DNA of 64,000 bases from Candidatus Gastranaerophilales bacterium (lineage in GTDB: Bacteria; Cyanobacteriota; Vampirovibrionia; Gastranaerophilales; Gastranaerophilaceae): the NCBI GenBank assembly GCA_944325085.1, contig CALUYT010000061.1, positions 29,241 to 93,240 on the forward strand, given 5' to 3'. Under the pieces are notes generated by a model. The model saw nothing but the letters and a program-made list of their open reading frames with translations, made no database searches and was not told where the DNA came from. Positions 8,746-18,600 of the stretch are shown here, one piece after another (the stretch's first letter is position 1; every line of letters starts with the position of its first letter). A program made the position numbers and the translations under genes.

Positions 8746-11058
8746 TTATAAAATATCTAGTGGATCGACATCTATTGTTAATTTGATATCTTTTGGGGCT
8801 GTGATTTTATTTAAAAAGCTTGAAACAAATTGATGTCCTTTATCTTCAAGTTTATTTTTGATTAGAATTTGGAATCTGTAATATCCATTTATTTTTTCAA
8901 TAACACAAGGTGTTGGACCAAGAACGTCAAGTCTTTCGCCAAAACCGAATTTCTCAATCATTGTGCATAATCGCAGGGCAATTTCTTGGGCAGCTTTTTC
9001 TGCTCGGAAATTATTTTGTGAACTTAGAATAAGTCTTATAATTTGGCTAAATGGAGGGTAATCGAATTCTTCACGGGAAGATATTTCTTTTTTGTAAAAC
9101 TCAAAATAATTTTGAGATTTTGCACTTTCAAGGGCATAATATTCAGGATTATATGTTTGGAATAGTACTCTGCCTTTGAATTCTCCTCTTCCAGCTCGTC
9201 CTGCAACTTGGGTTAGTAGTTGAAAGCCTCTTTCTGATGCTCTAAAGTCTGGCAGATTAAAACTTGCATCAGCGGAAATTACACCAACCAGTGTAACATT
9301 TGGATTATCAAGACCTTTCGCTATCATTTGGGTTCCGACAAGAATATCTATTTCTCCTTTTTGGAATTTTTCTAACAGTCTTATGTGTTCACCTTTTCTA
9401 ACTAAAACATCACTATCAATACGTTCTACGTTGTAATCAGGATATAAATCTTTTATATATTGTTCTATTTTTTGAGTTCCTGTACCTGAATTTTTTAAAC
9501 CTTCAAATCCGCAATTCGGACAAACATCAGGGAAATATTCAACATGATTGCAGTAGTGACATTTTAGCATATTGTCTTTTGCGTGCCATATCATTGGAAT
9601 TGCACAGTTTGGACACTCTATAACATGTCCGCAGCCTTGACATTGGGTGTAGGTCGAAAATCCGCGGCGGTTTATTAGTAGAATTACTTGTTGTTTATTA
9701 TCAAGGGTTTCTTTTATTGCTGTTTGTAGAGGTTTTGATATTAAACTTTTATAGGCTGCACGTCCATATTCTTGCATATTTATAACGGTTACTGGTGCAA
9801 CTTTGGCGTTGTTATATCTGGTCAGCATTTCATATAGGTGATTTGTGTTTATAGCTCTATAATAACTTGAAATATCAGGAGTTGCAGAGCCTAATAATAG
9901 CGGACAATTATTAAATTCAGCCAGCTTTTTGGCAACAAGTCTTGCATCATATCTTGGAGCAGGAGATGTTTGTTTATATGCGCCTTCGTGTTCTTCATCT
10001 ATTATAATTAAACCGATATTTTTTAGTGGTGCAAAGACTGCTGATCTTGCTCCTGCAAGGATTTTTATTTCATCTTTGTATAATTTTTGCCAAACGTCAT
10101 ATCTTTCACCTTCTGAAATACTACTGTGCCAAATTGCAACGTCTTTTGTTCCGAATTTTTTTGCTAAACGCTTTGTTAATTGAGATGCAAGTGCTATTTC
10201 TGGGGCTAAAAATAGAACATTTTTTCCACTTTTTATGGTATCGTCTATTAGTTTAAAATATACTTCGGTTTTTCCGCTTGCTGTTATTCCGTGAAGTAGA
10301 ATTTGCGGGGATATTTCTTTTTTTATTTGTTTTGAAATTCCTTCATATACTTTTTGTTGTGTTTCTGATAATTCATATAAATCTTCTTTTTTATCTATTT
10401 TTAAAATATCCAGAGGATTTCTATAAACTTGTTCTTCTGTTAATTTGATACAGCCGAGTGTTTCAAGTTTTTTTATTGTTGCTCTTGTCGTTTTGGCTAG
10501 TTTTTCAAATTCAATTAAAGGCATTTTACCTTTTTCGTGTAGAATATTTAGAATTTCAAGCTGTCTTTTTGTTGCTCCGTCTGTTTTTATAAATTCAATA
10601 GATTGTTCTGTTTTTAGAGATTTTTCAATTAATTTTAGAGGGATTGCTGTATTTAATACTGTTATTAAATCTGTGCAATAATAATTAGCAACCCATTCCA
10701 AGAGTTTTAAATATTCAACAGAAAATAGTGGGGTTTCATCAAGAATTTTACTTATTTTTTTTGCTCTGATTTCAGGCGGTAGATAATCCGAAAATCCTAC
10801 GCAAAATCCGTTTATCAGTCCCTGTCTTCCAAATGGAACAAGAAGTGCTTGACCAATTTGAATTTTATTTTGCATTTCATCTGGGATAAGATAACTAAAT
10901 GTTTTTACCCCTAAAGCTTTTATATTGACTAAGCAGACTGCATATTTATGTTTTATAACAGAAGGATTATCAACATTATCGGAAGTTTCTCGCTTTTTTA
11001 ATGTTAATTTTCGAGTTTGTGGAATTTCAAATAATTTATTTTGAATACCGTCTTCCAT
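8746..11058 (-). CDS. priA: Primosomal protein N' (replication restart helicase)
   Basis: Walker A GITASGKTEVY, DEEH box IIIDEEHEGAYKQ, and Cys-rich zinc module CQGCGHVIECPNCAIPM...CHYCNH...CPNCG. Start set at ATG 11058 (AGGA upstream, no overlap with the preceding gene). The ORF track extends to 11142. Confidence 0.9.
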   Translation of the reverse strand: MEDGIQNKLFEIPQTRKLTLKKRETSDNVDNPSVIKHKYAVCLVNIKALGVKTFSYLIPDEMQNKIQIGQALLVPFGRQGLINGFCVGFSDYLPPEIRAKKISKILDETPLFSVEYLKLLEWVANYYCTDLITVLNTAIPLKLIEKSLKTEQSIEFIKTDGATKRQLEILNILHEKGKMPLIEFEKLAKTTRATIKKLETLGCIKLTEEQVYRNPLDILKIDKKEDLYELSETQQKVYEGISKQIKKEISPQILLHGITASGKTEVYFKLIDDTIKSGKNVLFLAPEIALASQLTKRLAKKFGTKDVAIWHSSISEGERYDVWQKLYKDEIKILAGARSAVFAPLKNIGLIIIDEEHEGAYKQTSPAPRYDARLVAKKLAEFNNCPLLLGSATPDISSYYRAINTNHLYEMLTRYNNAKVAPVTVINMQEYGRAAYKSLISKPLQTAIKETLDNKQQVILLINRRGFSTYTQCQGCGHVIECPNCAIPMIWHAKDNMLKCHYCNHVEYFPDVCPNCGFEGLKNSGTGTQKIEQYIKDLYPDYNVERIDSDVLVRKGEHIRLLEKFQKGEIDILVGTQMIAKGLDNPNVTLVGVISADASFNLPDFRASERGFQLLTQVAGRAGRGEFKGRVLFQTYNPEYYALESAKSQNYFEFYKKEISSREEFDYPPFSQIIRLILSSQNNFRAEKAAQEIALRLCTMIEKFGFGERLDVLGPTPCVIEKINGYYRFQILIKNKLEDKGHQFVSSFLNKITAPKDIKLTIDVDPLDIL

Positions 11059-11098
11059 TATTGATAATCCTTTTGTTTTTATATTTTGTAATTGTTTA

Positions 11099-11338
11099 TT
11101 ATTCAGCTTCAGCTGCCATAAATTCTTGTTTAGCTTCTTCAATAGCTTCTGTTAGCAAATCTAATTGATCAGGGGTGAATGTTACACCTTTTTTAGTTGG
11201 TAACCAAGTTGCACCATCATCTGTTGTGTAAAATATTCTCATATTTAGATAGCTTCTTCCTTTATATTCACTTACTGAAATTTGTAATTGTTCAGTGTCT
11301 GATCTTTCAATTGTTGCTAAAATTTTTGAATATGCCAT
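11099..11338 (-). CDS. PC4/YdbC-like ssDNA-binding protein
   Basis: 79 aa. The pattern LQISVSEYKGRSYLNMRIFY...WLPTKKGVTF with an acidic tail resembles the bacterial PC4 (YdbC) fold family. Recognition by eye only. Confidence 0.6.
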   Translation of the reverse strand: MAYSKILATIERSDTEQLQISVSEYKGRSYLNMRIFYTTDDGATWLPTKKGVTFTPDQLDLLTEAIEEAKQEFMAAEAE

Positions 11339-11404
11339 TTTAATCTCCTTATTTAACTTTTCGTTTTTTATTCTAGCATAAAGCTTTTATTTAAGTATAG
11401 AAAT

Positions 11405-13930
11405 TTAGAATTTTTTTAATTTAGCGTATGTTGCGTCCATTGCTTTTTTACCTAATTTGCCAAAATCAATTGTGTACATAACGCTTTCGCCTACTGTCAT
11501 GACATCTGTTATGTGGCCAATTCCAAGTTGTTCGTGGAATACTCTTTGACCAACATCATATATATCATCAATAATTTTTGAATTATCTCGTTCTTGTTTT
11601 CGAGCTTCTTCTTTTTGGCGTTCAGCTTCAAGTCTTTGACGGCGTTCATCTGCCATACGTTTTATTGCATTATCTTTGAAAAACGCTGCAATTTTTTCTT
11701 CTTCTCTTTTTTTATTTATTGCAGATTTTACAATGATTGTGCGTTGTGGTGTTCTATTTGATGTTGGTTTATTATAACTTGAATTTGAATAACTTGATGT
11801 TGATTTGTTTGATGAGCTTGCAAGCCCTCTTCTTTGTGGAGCCACAAAATTTGCACCAAATCCTGATGAAGGTTTTACATAGCCGTCGGAATCTGATTTT
11901 GTATAGGATTCTTTAGCTTTTGATACGGCGCTTCTAAAGGTTGAAGATGATCTGTTTAAGCTACCTTCTGATTCCATTGATTCAATTAGATTATGCGGAA
12001 TTTCTTCAATAAATCTTGAAGGGTTGTAGTATCTGTATTCTCCCCAGGTTTGGCGACGTTTTGCAGATATTAAATATAGTTTTTCTTCTGCTCTTGTTAT
12101 ACCAACGTACATTAGTCTTCGTTCTTCTTCAACTTCTGACGGTACTTGTAGAGTTCTTTGACTTGGGAAAATTCCTTCGTCCATTCCTGCTATAAATACT
12201 GTTGGAAATTCAAGACCTTTTGCAGCATGAAGTGTCATCATTGTTACGTTGTTTGCTTCATCTACCATTGAATCAAGATCTGATACTAAGGCTACTTGTT
12301 GTAAAAATTCACCTAAGATATTATCTTCTTCTTCCGGAATGAATTCTTCAGCTACGTTTACAAGTTCTTGTAAGTTGTTTATATCATCTTGTACCTCAGG
12401 ATCACTTACGGCTTTTGCTTGAAGTTCAGCTAAGTAACCTGATTTTTCGATAACAAGTGTTACAAATTCTTTTAGGGTATAAGAATCTTTTGCTTGTTGG
12501 AATTTGTAGATTAAATTTGCAAAGTCTTTTAATTTTGATTGTGTTTTTGCATTAATATCAGATTCTTCACAGATTTTTATTGCTTCAAAAAGGCTTATAT
12601 CTCTTGAATTTGCAAAATCTGACAAATTTTTTAATGTAGTTTCACCAATTCCTCTTTTTGGAATATTTATTACTCTGCGAAGGCTTTGAGAGTCGTCAGT
12701 GTTATTTATAAGTTTTAGGTAACATATAACAGTTTTAACTTCAGCTCTATCATAGAATTTTGTGCCTCCATAGATTCTATATGGTATTCCTGTAGCCATG
12801 CAAGCTTCTTCTAAGGCACGGGATTGGTTATTAGTTCTATATAATATTGCAAATTGATTGTAGTTACCTTGGGCTGTGCGTTTTATGTTTCTTACAATGT
12901 AATTTGCTTCATCTGCTTCATCATCTGCTATATAGTAACTTAACTTTTCGCCTTCTCCTTTATTTGAATATAAAACCTTTTCTACACGTTCGTTATTGTT
13001 TTCAATAACTGCGTTTGCAGCATTTAAGATGTGCGCTGTTGAACGGTAGTTTTGTTCAAGTTTTATAAGTTTTGTTTTTGGATAATCTTTTTGGAAGTTC
13101 ATTATTATTGTAAAATCCGCACCACGCCAAGAATATATTGATTGGTCAACATCTCCTACTACGCATAGTGAACGTTCTTGTGGTACTTCTTTTGATAAGT
13201 TTGTATATAACATATTAACCAGCTTGTATTGTGCTAAGTTGGTATCTTGGTATTCATCAACCATAATATGTTGAAATCTGTCATAATACTGTTTTCTTAC
13301 CTCTTCGTTTTGTTCAAGAAGTTTTACAGTTAACATTAGCATATCGTCAAAATCAATAGCATTATTATTGTTTAATGATTTTTCGTATTCTTCATATATT
13401 GCAGCGATTTTTTGTGATTTAAAATCTCTTGCAAATGTTGCAAATGTATGTGCATCTTGCATTTTATTTTTTGCATTCGATATAACAGATTTTACTAATT
13501 TAGTTTGATAAACTTTATCATCTAAATTTAATTTTTTTATCGCTCTTGTAATTATTTGATTGGTATCAGAATCATCATATATTGTGAAATTTTTATCGAG
13601 ATTTTTACCTGTTGCAGTATTATATTTATCTATATTTTCTCTTAAAATTCGACCGCAGATACCGTGGAATGTGCCAACCCACATGTATTTTACTGTATCT
13701 TCACCAATAATTTTTCCGATACGTTCTTTCATTTCTTTTGCAGCTTTGTTTGTGAATGTTACTGCCAGAATGTTTCTAGGTCGTACCCCTTGTTGAATCA
13801 TATAGGCTATTCTTGTTGTTAAAACCTTTGTTTTACCTGATCCGGCTCCTGCCAAAATTAACAAAGGACCTTGTGTTGTTTGTACTGCTTCTTGTTGTTC
13901 CTTATTAAGATTTTCTAATAGATTTTCCAT
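11405..13930 (-). CDS. pcrA: ATP-dependent DNA helicase PcrA/UvrD with extended C-terminal linker and Tudor-like end domain
   Basis: AGAGSGKTKVLTTRIAY, DEYQDTN, QNYRST, TLHAAKGLEFPTVFIAG and VGITRAEEKLYL. Start at ATG 13930 after GGGAAGAGG. The ORF track extends to 13972. Confidence 0.9.
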   Translation of the reverse strand: MENLLENLNKEQQEAVQTTQGPLLILAGAGSGKTKVLTTRIAYMIQQGVRPRNILAVTFTNKAAKEMKERIGKIIGEDTVKYMWVGTFHGICGRILRENIDKYNTATGKNLDKNFTIYDDSDTNQIITRAIKKLNLDDKVYQTKLVKSVISNAKNKMQDAHTFATFARDFKSQKIAAIYEEYEKSLNNNNAIDFDDMLMLTVKLLEQNEEVRKQYYDRFQHIMVDEYQDTNLAQYKLVNMLYTNLSKEVPQERSLCVVGDVDQSIYSWRGADFTIIMNFQKDYPKTKLIKLEQNYRSTAHILNAANAVIENNNERVEKVLYSNKGEGEKLSYYIADDEADEANYIVRNIKRTAQGNYNQFAILYRTNNQSRALEEACMATGIPYRIYGGTKFYDRAEVKTVICYLKLINNTDDSQSLRRVINIPKRGIGETTLKNLSDFANSRDISLFEAIKICEESDINAKTQSKLKDFANLIYKFQQAKDSYTLKEFVTLVIEKSGYLAELQAKAVSDPEVQDDINNLQELVNVAEEFIPEEEDNILGEFLQQVALVSDLDSMVDEANNVTMMTLHAAKGLEFPTVFIAGMDEGIFPSQRTLQVPSEVEEERRLMYVGITRAEEKLYLISAKRRQTWGEYRYYNPSRFIEEIPHNLIESMESEGSLNRSSSTFRSAVSKAKESYTKSDSDGYVKPSSGFGANFVAPQRRGLASSSNKSTSSYSNSSYNKPTSNRTPQRTIIVKSAINKKREEEKIAAFFKDNAIKRMADERRQRLEAERQKEEARKQERDNSKIIDDIYDVGQRVFHEQLGIGHITDVMTVGESVMYTIDFGKLGKKAMDATYAKLKKF

Positions 13931-14015
13931 GACCTCTTCCCAAATAAAAAAAAATATGCTATAATCAAGCATAGTTGAAAAATGTAATTAATGCAATTAG
14001 AAGGTAAATGAAAAA

Positions 14016-14615
14016 ATGACAGAAAGTGATATGGATATAATGTTAAGTTCGGATGATAAAAATGATGATGCTCAAAAATCAATAGTTGTTCCTATTGACG
14101 ATGATATGGATACTGTTAAATCCGACGCTCCAAATACTGTTGATGAATTAGCTATGGAGCTTGCTACAATTAAACAATCAGCTAAGAAAATTGCAATTAT
14201 AGGTAGCCGTAATCTTCCTATCACTCACCAGCAAATGATTGAAACTCTTGCTACTGCTTTAGTTATGCAAGGTAATACAATTATTACATCTGGTGGTTCT
14301 TCAGGTACAAATGCTGCAGCTATTCGTGGAGCTATGAAAGCTAATCCTGAAAAATTATGTGTTATTTTACCGCAAACTATTGGGCAACAGCCTTCTGATG
14401 TTCAAGATCAGCTTATCGGTGTTCCTAATATTATTGAACACGCTGATCGCGCTATGATGACTTTGGCTGACGCTTCTCGTGTTTGTAACCGCGAAATTAT
14501 TGATGAATGTAATCAATTAATTTGTTTCTTATCTCATACTAGTAAAACTTTACATAATGCTGTTCAGTATGCAGAAGAAGGTCATAAAGTTATTACTGTA
14601 TTTTATTTAGATTAA
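14016..14615 (+). CDS. Small DprA/Smf-like Rossmann (SLOG-superfamily) protein lacking DprA N- and C-terminal domains
   Basis: Core IAIIGSRNLP...IITSGGSSGTNAAAIRGA parallels the DprA motif GSR...SG-A-GID. An acidic 60-aa N-terminal tail precedes it. 199 aa. Confidence 0.55.
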   Translation: MTESDMDIMLSSDDKNDDAQKSIVVPIDDDMDTVKSDAPNTVDELAMELATIKQSAKKIAIIGSRNLPITHQQMIETLATALVMQGNTIITSGGSSGTNAAAIRGAMKANPEKLCVILPQTIGQQPSDVQDQLIGVPNIIEHADRAMMTLADASRVCNREIIDECNQLICFLSHTSKTLHNAVQYAEEGHKVITVFYLD

Positions 14616-14631
14616 TTAAGGTCTCTTAATT

Positions 14632-15801
14632 ATGAGCGATAAGTTAAAGAAATTAACCGGTAAAAATCCGAAAGATTTTGAACCTGTTGCATATAGTGTC
14701 ATAAATAATTCGGATTGTGAACTTTTTTCCGAGTTGGTTTCTCAAGATGATTTTTTGTTTGATTTTGTCAAGCAAAATGTGGCAAATAGACTAGCGAAAG
14801 TTTGTAATGAGTCAAATTATTTAAATTTGTTGAATTTATTAAAATATTATTCGCCATCGTACGAAGATTTTATTGTTTCAACTTTAGCTAAGTATGCTGA
14901 TGAAGATTTGACTGACAAAATGCTTGAAATTTTTGAAAATGGTACGGAAGATGAAAAAGTTTATTGTGCAAAATTTTTCTCTTACATTCAAGATCCTTTA
15001 GCCATCGAATTTTTGAATAAGTATGCATATAGTGAGAATTTGTATCTTAGCGGAAATTGTGCTTCAACATTAGCTTTGCTTGGTGAAGTTGAGTCGTATA
15101 ATAAAGCTTTGGAAATGTTAAAATCTTCTGATGATTTTGAAGTGCTATCTGCTGTTAAATTTTTGGTTGCTTATGGAAATAAAGATGCGGTAGCTGATAT
15201 TTTGAAAGTTATGAAAAAATCTTCTTTGGCTGAAAATATTGCAGGTGAATTACTTTATTTAATTGATTTATTTGCATTGTATGAAGTTAGTCAAGTAGAA
15301 GCTTTGTATGTATTAAATTTGGTTATTAGTGCATTAGGTGAAATACTGGGATTATCGCAAGTTTTTGATTTTCAATTGTACGATTTTATTGAAATGATTA
15401 TTAATTCTAAATTTACACCTGAATCTGTTGTTGTGTTGAATAATGCATGTGATAAATTTAATACTTTAACTGAAAATGATGAATATTTGTATGATGAAAC
15501 AAAAGATACAAAGCAAGAAGTTTATGATATTAAAAATCTTTTAAATAAGATAGATTTTTATAAATTTAAAAGTTTATTAGACACAAATATTGATGAAGAT
15601 AGTTTGTTTGTTGCAACAGCTTTAGATTTTACAGAGAATATGGATAAAGTAAGAATGCTTTTATCTTCATCAAATCAAACGTTAGTATTAAAATCATTGG
15701 AAGTATTAAAGAAGAATAATTCAATGACCGAAAAGGATAGAGTAACAGCATATAATTCTGTTAGTAATCAAGATTTGAAAAATGTTATTATGGCAATATA
15801 G
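14632..15801 (+). CDS. Helical-repeat (HEAT-like) hypothetical protein
   Basis: 389 aa, all-helical-looking composition with repeated A/L-rich ~30-aa units (e.g. DPLAIEFLNKYAYSEN, DFEVLSAVKFLVAYGNKDAVADILKVM). The family assignment is weak. Confidence 0.5.
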   Translation: MSDKLKKLTGKNPKDFEPVAYSVINNSDCELFSELVSQDDFLFDFVKQNVANRLAKVCNESNYLNLLNLLKYYSPSYEDFIVSTLAKYADEDLTDKMLEIFENGTEDEKVYCAKFFSYIQDPLAIEFLNKYAYSENLYLSGNCASTLALLGEVESYNKALEMLKSSDDFEVLSAVKFLVAYGNKDAVADILKVMKKSSLAENIAGELLYLIDLFALYEVSQVEALYVLNLVISALGEILGLSQVFDFQLYDFIEMIINSKFTPESVVVLNNACDKFNTLTENDEYLYDETKDTKQEVYDIKNLLNKIDFYKFKSLLDTNIDEDSLFVATALDFTENMDKVRMLLSSSNQTLVLKSLEVLKKNNSMTEKDRVTAYNSVSNQDLKNVIMAI

Positions 15802-15811
15802 GAGAGTTTTT

Positions 15812-16132
15812 ATGTATTATATCATTACTCAGGAAAAAAATACTGTACCTGCAGGGTTTAGACATTTATCAGATGAAGAAATAGCTAAAGAGTTTTCTAA
15901 TATTGATACTGATAAAAGTTATTTTATTTCAAAAAATGAATGGATGTTAAATCTTTTAAAACTATTAGCTAATGATTTAGCTTCTTTAGAAAAAGATGGT
16001 CCAGATTCAATAATGGCAAAAATTCAAGAATTGTCTGACGAATTTGATAAATATGATTTGGATAGTAATAAATATATTGATTATTTGGAATATAAAAATT
16101 TCTTAGCGGATAATCTTTATATTTCTGAATAA
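15812..16132 (+). CDS. EF-hand pair calcium-binding protein
   Basis: Two canonical 12-residue EF loops, DTDKSYFISKNE and DLDSNKYIDYLE (D1, D3, I8, E12). ATG 15812 lies after GGAGAG (15801..15806). The ORF track opens at 15782. Confidence 0.6.
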   Translation: MYYIITQEKNTVPAGFRHLSDEEIAKEFSNIDTDKSYFISKNEWMLNLLKLLANDLASLEKDGPDSIMAKIQELSDEFDKYDLDSNKYIDYLEYKNFLADNLYISE

Positions 16133-16152
16133 TAAACGAAATTTTATATAAT

Positions 16153-16186
16153 AAAAAAAGACCTCTTTTAAAGAGGTCTTTTTTTG
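16153..16186. terminator. Bidirectional intrinsic terminator between the EF-hand gene (+) and secF (-)
   Basis: AAAAAAGACCTCTT-TTA-AAGAGGTCTTTTTTT: 8-bp GC-containing stem flanked by an A-run and a T-run. Confidence 0.65.
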
Positions 16187-16200
16187 CTTTTGTTTTATTT

Positions 16201-17172
16201 TTATACTGCAGCTTTAGCTTTAGCAGCTTTTCTTTCTTCCCAAATATCAACAAGCATACTGCAGAAGAATATACTTGAATATGTACCTACAACAACACCG
16301 ATCATCATTGCTAAAACGAAGTCTTTAGTAGTTACACCACCGAAGAAATATAATGCTGCAAGTGTTATAAATGCTGTTAATGAAGTGTTAACGCTTCTTG
16401 CAATTGTTTGAGTAACAGAAGCATCTACAATTTCACCAAAAGACATTTTCTTGCCATAGTATCTTAAGTTTTCTCTGATTCTATCAAATGTTACGATCGT
16501 ATCATTGATAGAGAAACCAATGATTGTCAAAATTGCTGTTAAGAATAAACCGTCAACTTGAACATTACAAAATATACCAAGTATTGAAAATACCCCAACA
16601 ACAAATAACACATCGTGTACTAAACCTAATATCGCCGCAACTGCGTATTCAAACTTAAATCGTAATGATATGTATATAATCATTCCCAATATTGCAAGTG
16701 CTAAAGCAATTAGTGACATTCGGAATAATTCTTTTCCTAATGTCGCACCGACAGAACTTACTTGAATTAGTTCAGAGTTTTTGTATTCTTTTTGAATAGC
16801 ATTTGTAATTTGTTCTGCCATATCAGAACCTTCATCTATAAATTTAGTTCTGATAGAAATAATAGATTTAATATTTTTATTTTTTTCAGTTGGATTAACA
16901 TTCAATATTTGGATATAAGAATTCTCAGCTCCAATTTTGTCTAAAGTTTCTCTGGTTTTTGAAATATCTTCATTGTTAACACTTTCCGGAACTCCGTATT
17001 GAAGAATTGTTCCGCCAGTGTAATCAATACCAACTTTCACCGGTGAATGAGTAGGATAATTTATCATTGAATAAATCATTGCAACTATACCCGGTAATAG
17101 TAAACAAGCTGACAAACATATCCAAAGTATTCTGTATTTTACAACATGTACTGTTTTATTAAAATTAAACAT
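16201..17172 (-). CDS. secF: Protein translocase subunit SecF
   Basis: 323 aa with six predicted TM helices. Typical SecF C-terminal motif region (INDTIVTFDRIRENL). Immediately downstream of secD. Confidence 0.9.
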   Translation of the reverse strand: MFNFNKTVHVVKYRILWICLSACLLLPGIVAMIYSMINYPTHSPVKVGIDYTGGTILQYGVPESVNNEDISKTRETLDKIGAENSYIQILNVNPTEKNKNIKSIISIRTKFIDEGSDMAEQITNAIQKEYKNSELIQVSSVGATLGKELFRMSLIALALAILGMIIYISLRFKFEYAVAAILGLVHDVLFVVGVFSILGIFCNVQVDGLFLTAILTIIGFSINDTIVTFDRIRENLRYYGKKMSFGEIVDASVTQTIARSVNTSLTAFITLAALYFFGGVTTKDFVLAMMIGVVVGTYSSIFFCSMLVDIWEERKAAKAKAAV

Positions 17173-17193
17173 TTATATATACCTCATACTTTC

Positions 17194-18525
17194 TTAGTCT
17201 AAAATACCAAAACGAGCTTTTTCACGTTTTGTTTCTGTAGCTTCATAACCTTTACCAATTTCGTCTTTTGATAAACCAAATAATGCTGGGTATTTTAATT
17301 CTCCAGTACCAAAGATTAAATGCATAAAGTTCTTAGTAACAGTGATTGCTGTAAACATAGAAACAATTACACCTAATGCAAGAGTTAAAGCAAAACCTTT
17401 AACAACGCTTGTACCTAAGAAATATAATATGATACAAGTTAATACTGTTGTTACGTTTGAATCGAAAATACTTGTAAATGCTCTATCAAAACCTAAGTTA
17501 ATAGCTGTAAATAGATTTCTACCGGCTTTTAATTCTTCTTTTGTTCTTTCAAAAATCAAGATATTAGCATCAACTGCCATACCAACAGATAATACGAAAC
17601 CAGCGATACCAGCTAATGTTAGTGTTACCGGAATGATTTTAAATAATGCAAATAAGATCAATGCATATACGCATAATGCTATATCTGCAATTAAACCAGG
17701 TAATCTGTAATAGAAAATCATAAATAACATTACAAGACCAACACCGATAAGTCCTGCAAATTTAGATTTTTCAATACTGTCAGCACCTAAAGTAGGTCCC
17801 ACTGTATTTTCTTGAATAATTTCAGATGGTACAGGTAAAGCTCCGGCATTTAATAAGTTAACCATTTTTTCAGCTTCTTCATATTTGAAACCGCTGTTGC
17901 CTCCTGAAATTTCAGCTCTTCCACCGTAAATAACTTCTCTAATTACAGGAGCTGATATTTCTTCGCCATCAAAAATTATTGCCATTTGTTGGCCTACAAG
18001 TTTTTCTGTTAATTGCGCAAATTTATTTGCACCTTTGCCGTTGAATTCTAATGAAACTGTCCATTGTCCAGTTTGATCAGAACCTATTGTAGCAGATTTT
18101 AAATCTTCACCTGTTAAGCCTGTTGATTCCCACATTAGTTGCCCTTTGTCATCTCTTTGTGGTTGTTTGTTTGCATCTAATACAGGTTGTTTAAATTCTA
18201 ATAATGCAGTTTTTCCTAAGAAAGCTTCTGCTTCTTTTAAGTCTGTCACGTTAGGAATTTCAACAAGTAATCTTTTGTCTCCAACTTGTGCTACGCTTGT
18301 TTCAGATACACCGAGTTTATTTACACGACTTTCAATCGCAATTTGAAGACGCCTCATAACCTCTGGAGTTATTTCCCTTATTGTATCTGTAGTTCTGGCT
18401 TCAAGCATAATTCTTGAGCCACCAACAAGGTCAAGGCCAAGCTTTGTAGGTTTTTTGTAGATTGTGAAAATACATGCAAGTGCAATACCTACAATAACCC
18501 AAAACATAATAATTTTGTTTTTCAA
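17194..18525 (-). CDS. secD: Protein translocase subunit SecD
   Basis: 443 aa. N-terminal TM, periplasmic domain (LGLDLVGGSRIMLEA), C-terminal RND-like TM bundle (DANILIFERTKEEL). Confidence 0.9.
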   Translation of the reverse strand: MKNKIIMFWVIVGIALACIFTIYKKPTKLGLDLVGGSRIMLEARTTDTIREITPEVMRRLQIAIESRVNKLGVSETSVAQVGDKRLLVEIPNVTDLKEAEAFLGKTALLEFKQPVLDANKQPQRDDKGQLMWESTGLTGEDLKSATIGSDQTGQWTVSLEFNGKGANKFAQLTEKLVGQQMAIIFDGEEISAPVIREVIYGGRAEISGGNSGFKYEEAEKMVNLLNAGALPVPSEIIQENTVGPTLGADSIEKSKFAGLIGVGLVMLFMIFYYRLPGLIADIALCVYALILFALFKIIPVTLTLAGIAGFVLSVGMAVDANILIFERTKEELKAGRNLFTAINLGFDRAFTSIFDSNVTTVLTCIILYFLGTSVVKGFALTLALGVIVSMFTAITVTKNFMHLIFGTGELKYPALFGLSKDEIGKGYEATETKREKARFGILD

Positions 18526-18600
18526 TTTCTTACCCTCTTATGTATGTTCTAACTATAAACTAACTTTTTATTATAATACTTTAAATAATATAAAATAGAA

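Noticed and set aside
17342-17710. 122-aa plus-strand ORF inside secD
   Set aside because: It is antisense to the well-supported secD TM region and has no start context. It is a mirror-frame artefact.
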